A DNA stretch of 64,000 nucleotides from contig CAVXWP010000009.1 in NCBI GenBank assembly GCA_963765495.1, positions 736,001 to 800,000 of the forward strand. The letters are read 5' to 3'. A program made the translations under genes and the position numbers. This stretch comes from Blastocatellia bacterium (GTDB taxonomy: Bacteria; Acidobacteriota; Blastocatellia; UBA7656). The notes beneath the pieces were generated by a model. That model worked only from the letters and a program-made list of their open reading frames with translations. It had not been told where the DNA came from and searched no databases. Shown in pieces: positions 62,405-64,000 of the stretch (the stretch's first letter is position 1; each line of letters opens with the position of its first letter).

Positions 62405-64000
62405 ATTTGGGTTGCCCATCAAGACAAACGGAGCCCAGTAGTAAGGATGCCCATACATGTCTTTGAGGGCAAGTTGCGCCGCCCTGAGCGCCGCTCGTTT
62501 CGTAGCGCCTTCGCGCAAATGCCCGTACATCTCTTGCATAAATTCGGCCGTAGCCGTGTCGTTTGCCGCCCACAGGCTTGCGACAAGCGAAGGCGCTCCC
62601 GCATAGAGGAAGCCCCGCACGAGCCCGTGAAGCTCATCACCCGGAAAGACCATGTTTACTCCCGTGTGGCAGGCCGAAAGCGTGACCATCTCGGCCTTTA
62701 ATTCAAGCTCTAACAGACTGTAAAAATTCAGAGGCGAATCGGCGAGCTTCAGAAATGAAAACATGGGATTGTCCCGCCTGAAATATCCGTGCGAAGCCAG
62801 ATGAAGAAAACGCGCTCGCGGCGCGTGCTTCATGAGGTTGTCGCGTGTGGCATCGTCTCCGACAAGAGTCACAGCGCCGGGGAAGATTTTTCTGAGGGCC
62901 GAGACTTCAGCCTCTATGCTGGGCGTTTCCGGGTGCGCTACGCCAAGAGCCACCATATCGCATTTGAGATTCGAGATTTGAGATTCGAGATTTGAGCTTG
63001 CCCGAGCATCCGCGCTGATCTGATTGCCCCGGTCGCGGCAGAGCTTTAGCACGGTTGCGCTTGGCGCGTATGAAATTTCAAAGCGGTCAATCAGAAAACC
63101 GCGCCGGTCGAGCAGCGCGTGAAACGGCACATAATGCAGCGCCCCGTGCGGGATGATAATCAAGCGGTCGCCTTCTATGTAGGGTTCGAGCGGCGCAAAG
63201 ACCGCCTCAGATAACCGTATCAGATGCTGGTTGGTTGCGTGGTTGAGATGTTCGAAATGCTCGTCGGCAAACTCCGACCCGTAATTGAATTTCTCAAGCT
63301 GAAACCTGAGCCCGGCAAGCATCTTTTCCACCTCGCCCTTTGAGGCTACCTCACGCACTACCCTGATGCAGTCGCGGCCTACGATAAAGGCTGAGACTAC
63401 ATTTCCCGTTGTGAAGTATTCGATAGCCGTCTCGTCGGCTTCAAGCGAGCTTCGCAAATCCGATACGGAAGCCGCCTGCATGCGCTGCATCTCGGCAAAC
63501 TGAGAGCCGTCGGCCTCCATGCGGCGGAATAGCTCGGCTATACGGCGTTCGCAGTGCTCGACCTGGCGAGCATATCGCCCCGCAACGTGTGCCCTGCGCT
63601 GATTGCCCTTTTCATCTTCGAGTCTCGCCTGAGAGCTATACCAGTTCAAGTTTTCAATCAACGTGAGCAATCGCGTCCGTGCCTCGTCTTCGACAGGTCG
63701 GCGAGCGGTGGATTGCGGGTCGCGCAAGTATCTGGCGAGCAGGTCGGCGAGCGCCCGAGATTTCGACGATTCGACCAGACGGAATGCCTCTTCGACAAGC
63801 GGTTCCGTGCTTTGATCGAGGCACGCGCCGATAGCGTCTTCATACACCCCGATCTTATCGCGCAGGAAAGTAGCCTTGAATTCATCAGCGGCGATTCCGC
63901 CTCGCATCTGCTCTACGGTTCGAACCGCGATTTGAAATCTTTCGAGAGCCGCACGTATCTGCCCCCGGTCCCTCTCTATCTTTCCGATCAGATGGTGACA
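62402..64000 (-). CDS. CHAT (caspase-like) domain protein, probably TPR-CHAT; 5' part lies outside the window
   Basis: ESSKSRAL, IPHGALHYVPF, LHLASHG, VTLSAC, SLW, HPYYWAPF motifs. Confidence 0.9.
   Translation of the reverse strand, partial: CHHLIGKIERDRGQIRAALERFQIAVRTVEQMRGGIAADEFKATFLRDKIGVYEDAIGACLDQSTEPLVEEAFRLVESSKSRALADLLARYLRDPQSTARRPVEDEARTRLLTLIENLNWYSSQARLEDEKGNQRRAHVAGRYARQVEHCERRIAELFRRMEADGSQFAEMQRMQAASVSDLRSSLEADETAIEYFTTGNVVSAFIVGRDCIRVVREVASKGEVEKMLAGLRFQLEKFNYGSEFADEHFEHLNHATNQHLIRLSEAVFAPLEPYIEGDRLIIIPHGALHYVPFHALLDRRGFLIDRFEISYAPSATVLKLCRDRGNQISADARASSNLESQISNLKCDMVALGVAHPETPSIEAEVSALRKIFPGAVTLVGDDATRDNLMKHAPRARFLHLASHGYFRRDNPMFSFLKLADSPLNFYSLLELELKAEMVTLSACHTGVNMVFPGDELHGLVRGFLYAGAPSLVASLWAANDTATAEFMQEMYGHLREGATKRAALRAAQLALKDMYGHPYYWAPFVLMGNPN

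Overview
Bacterial chromosomal window. Gene content and style (MTPERW-type Ser/Thr kinase, S8/CHAT proteases, heptamer inverted repeats) suggest Acidobacteriota, probably Blastocatellia; this is inference. Layout: a frameshifted IS5-like transposase (1-~840); housekeeping and lipid genes (lpxL-like, PHP, deoC, fabH, L,D-transpeptidase, ino1, GDPD, fur); a ~20 kb minus-strand exopolysaccharide plus partner-switching/hybrid-kinase locus (11980-32363); then PRODH, an S41 protein lacking catalytic residues, a di-heme cytochrome next to a dif-like site and truncated recombinase, ruvX-mltG, htrA, two subtilases and a CHAT protease. Top candidates: (1) an intact 10-gene lipid operon (48736-60124) that looks like a split, expanded version of the myxobacterial Elb ether-lipid machinery; (2) a repeated pattern of hollowed-out genes in which a 5' stub is joined directly to a 3' stub (glgP reduced to 51 aa, kinase, wzc, GT2 and others). 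Also an unannotated 54-aa KKAAPA histone-like protein, a DeoC with a probable microcompartment-targeting peptide, and several families of short-tandem inverted-repeat elements. No tRNA, rRNA or CRISPR array was seen. All product calls come from motif recognition by eye, with no database search.
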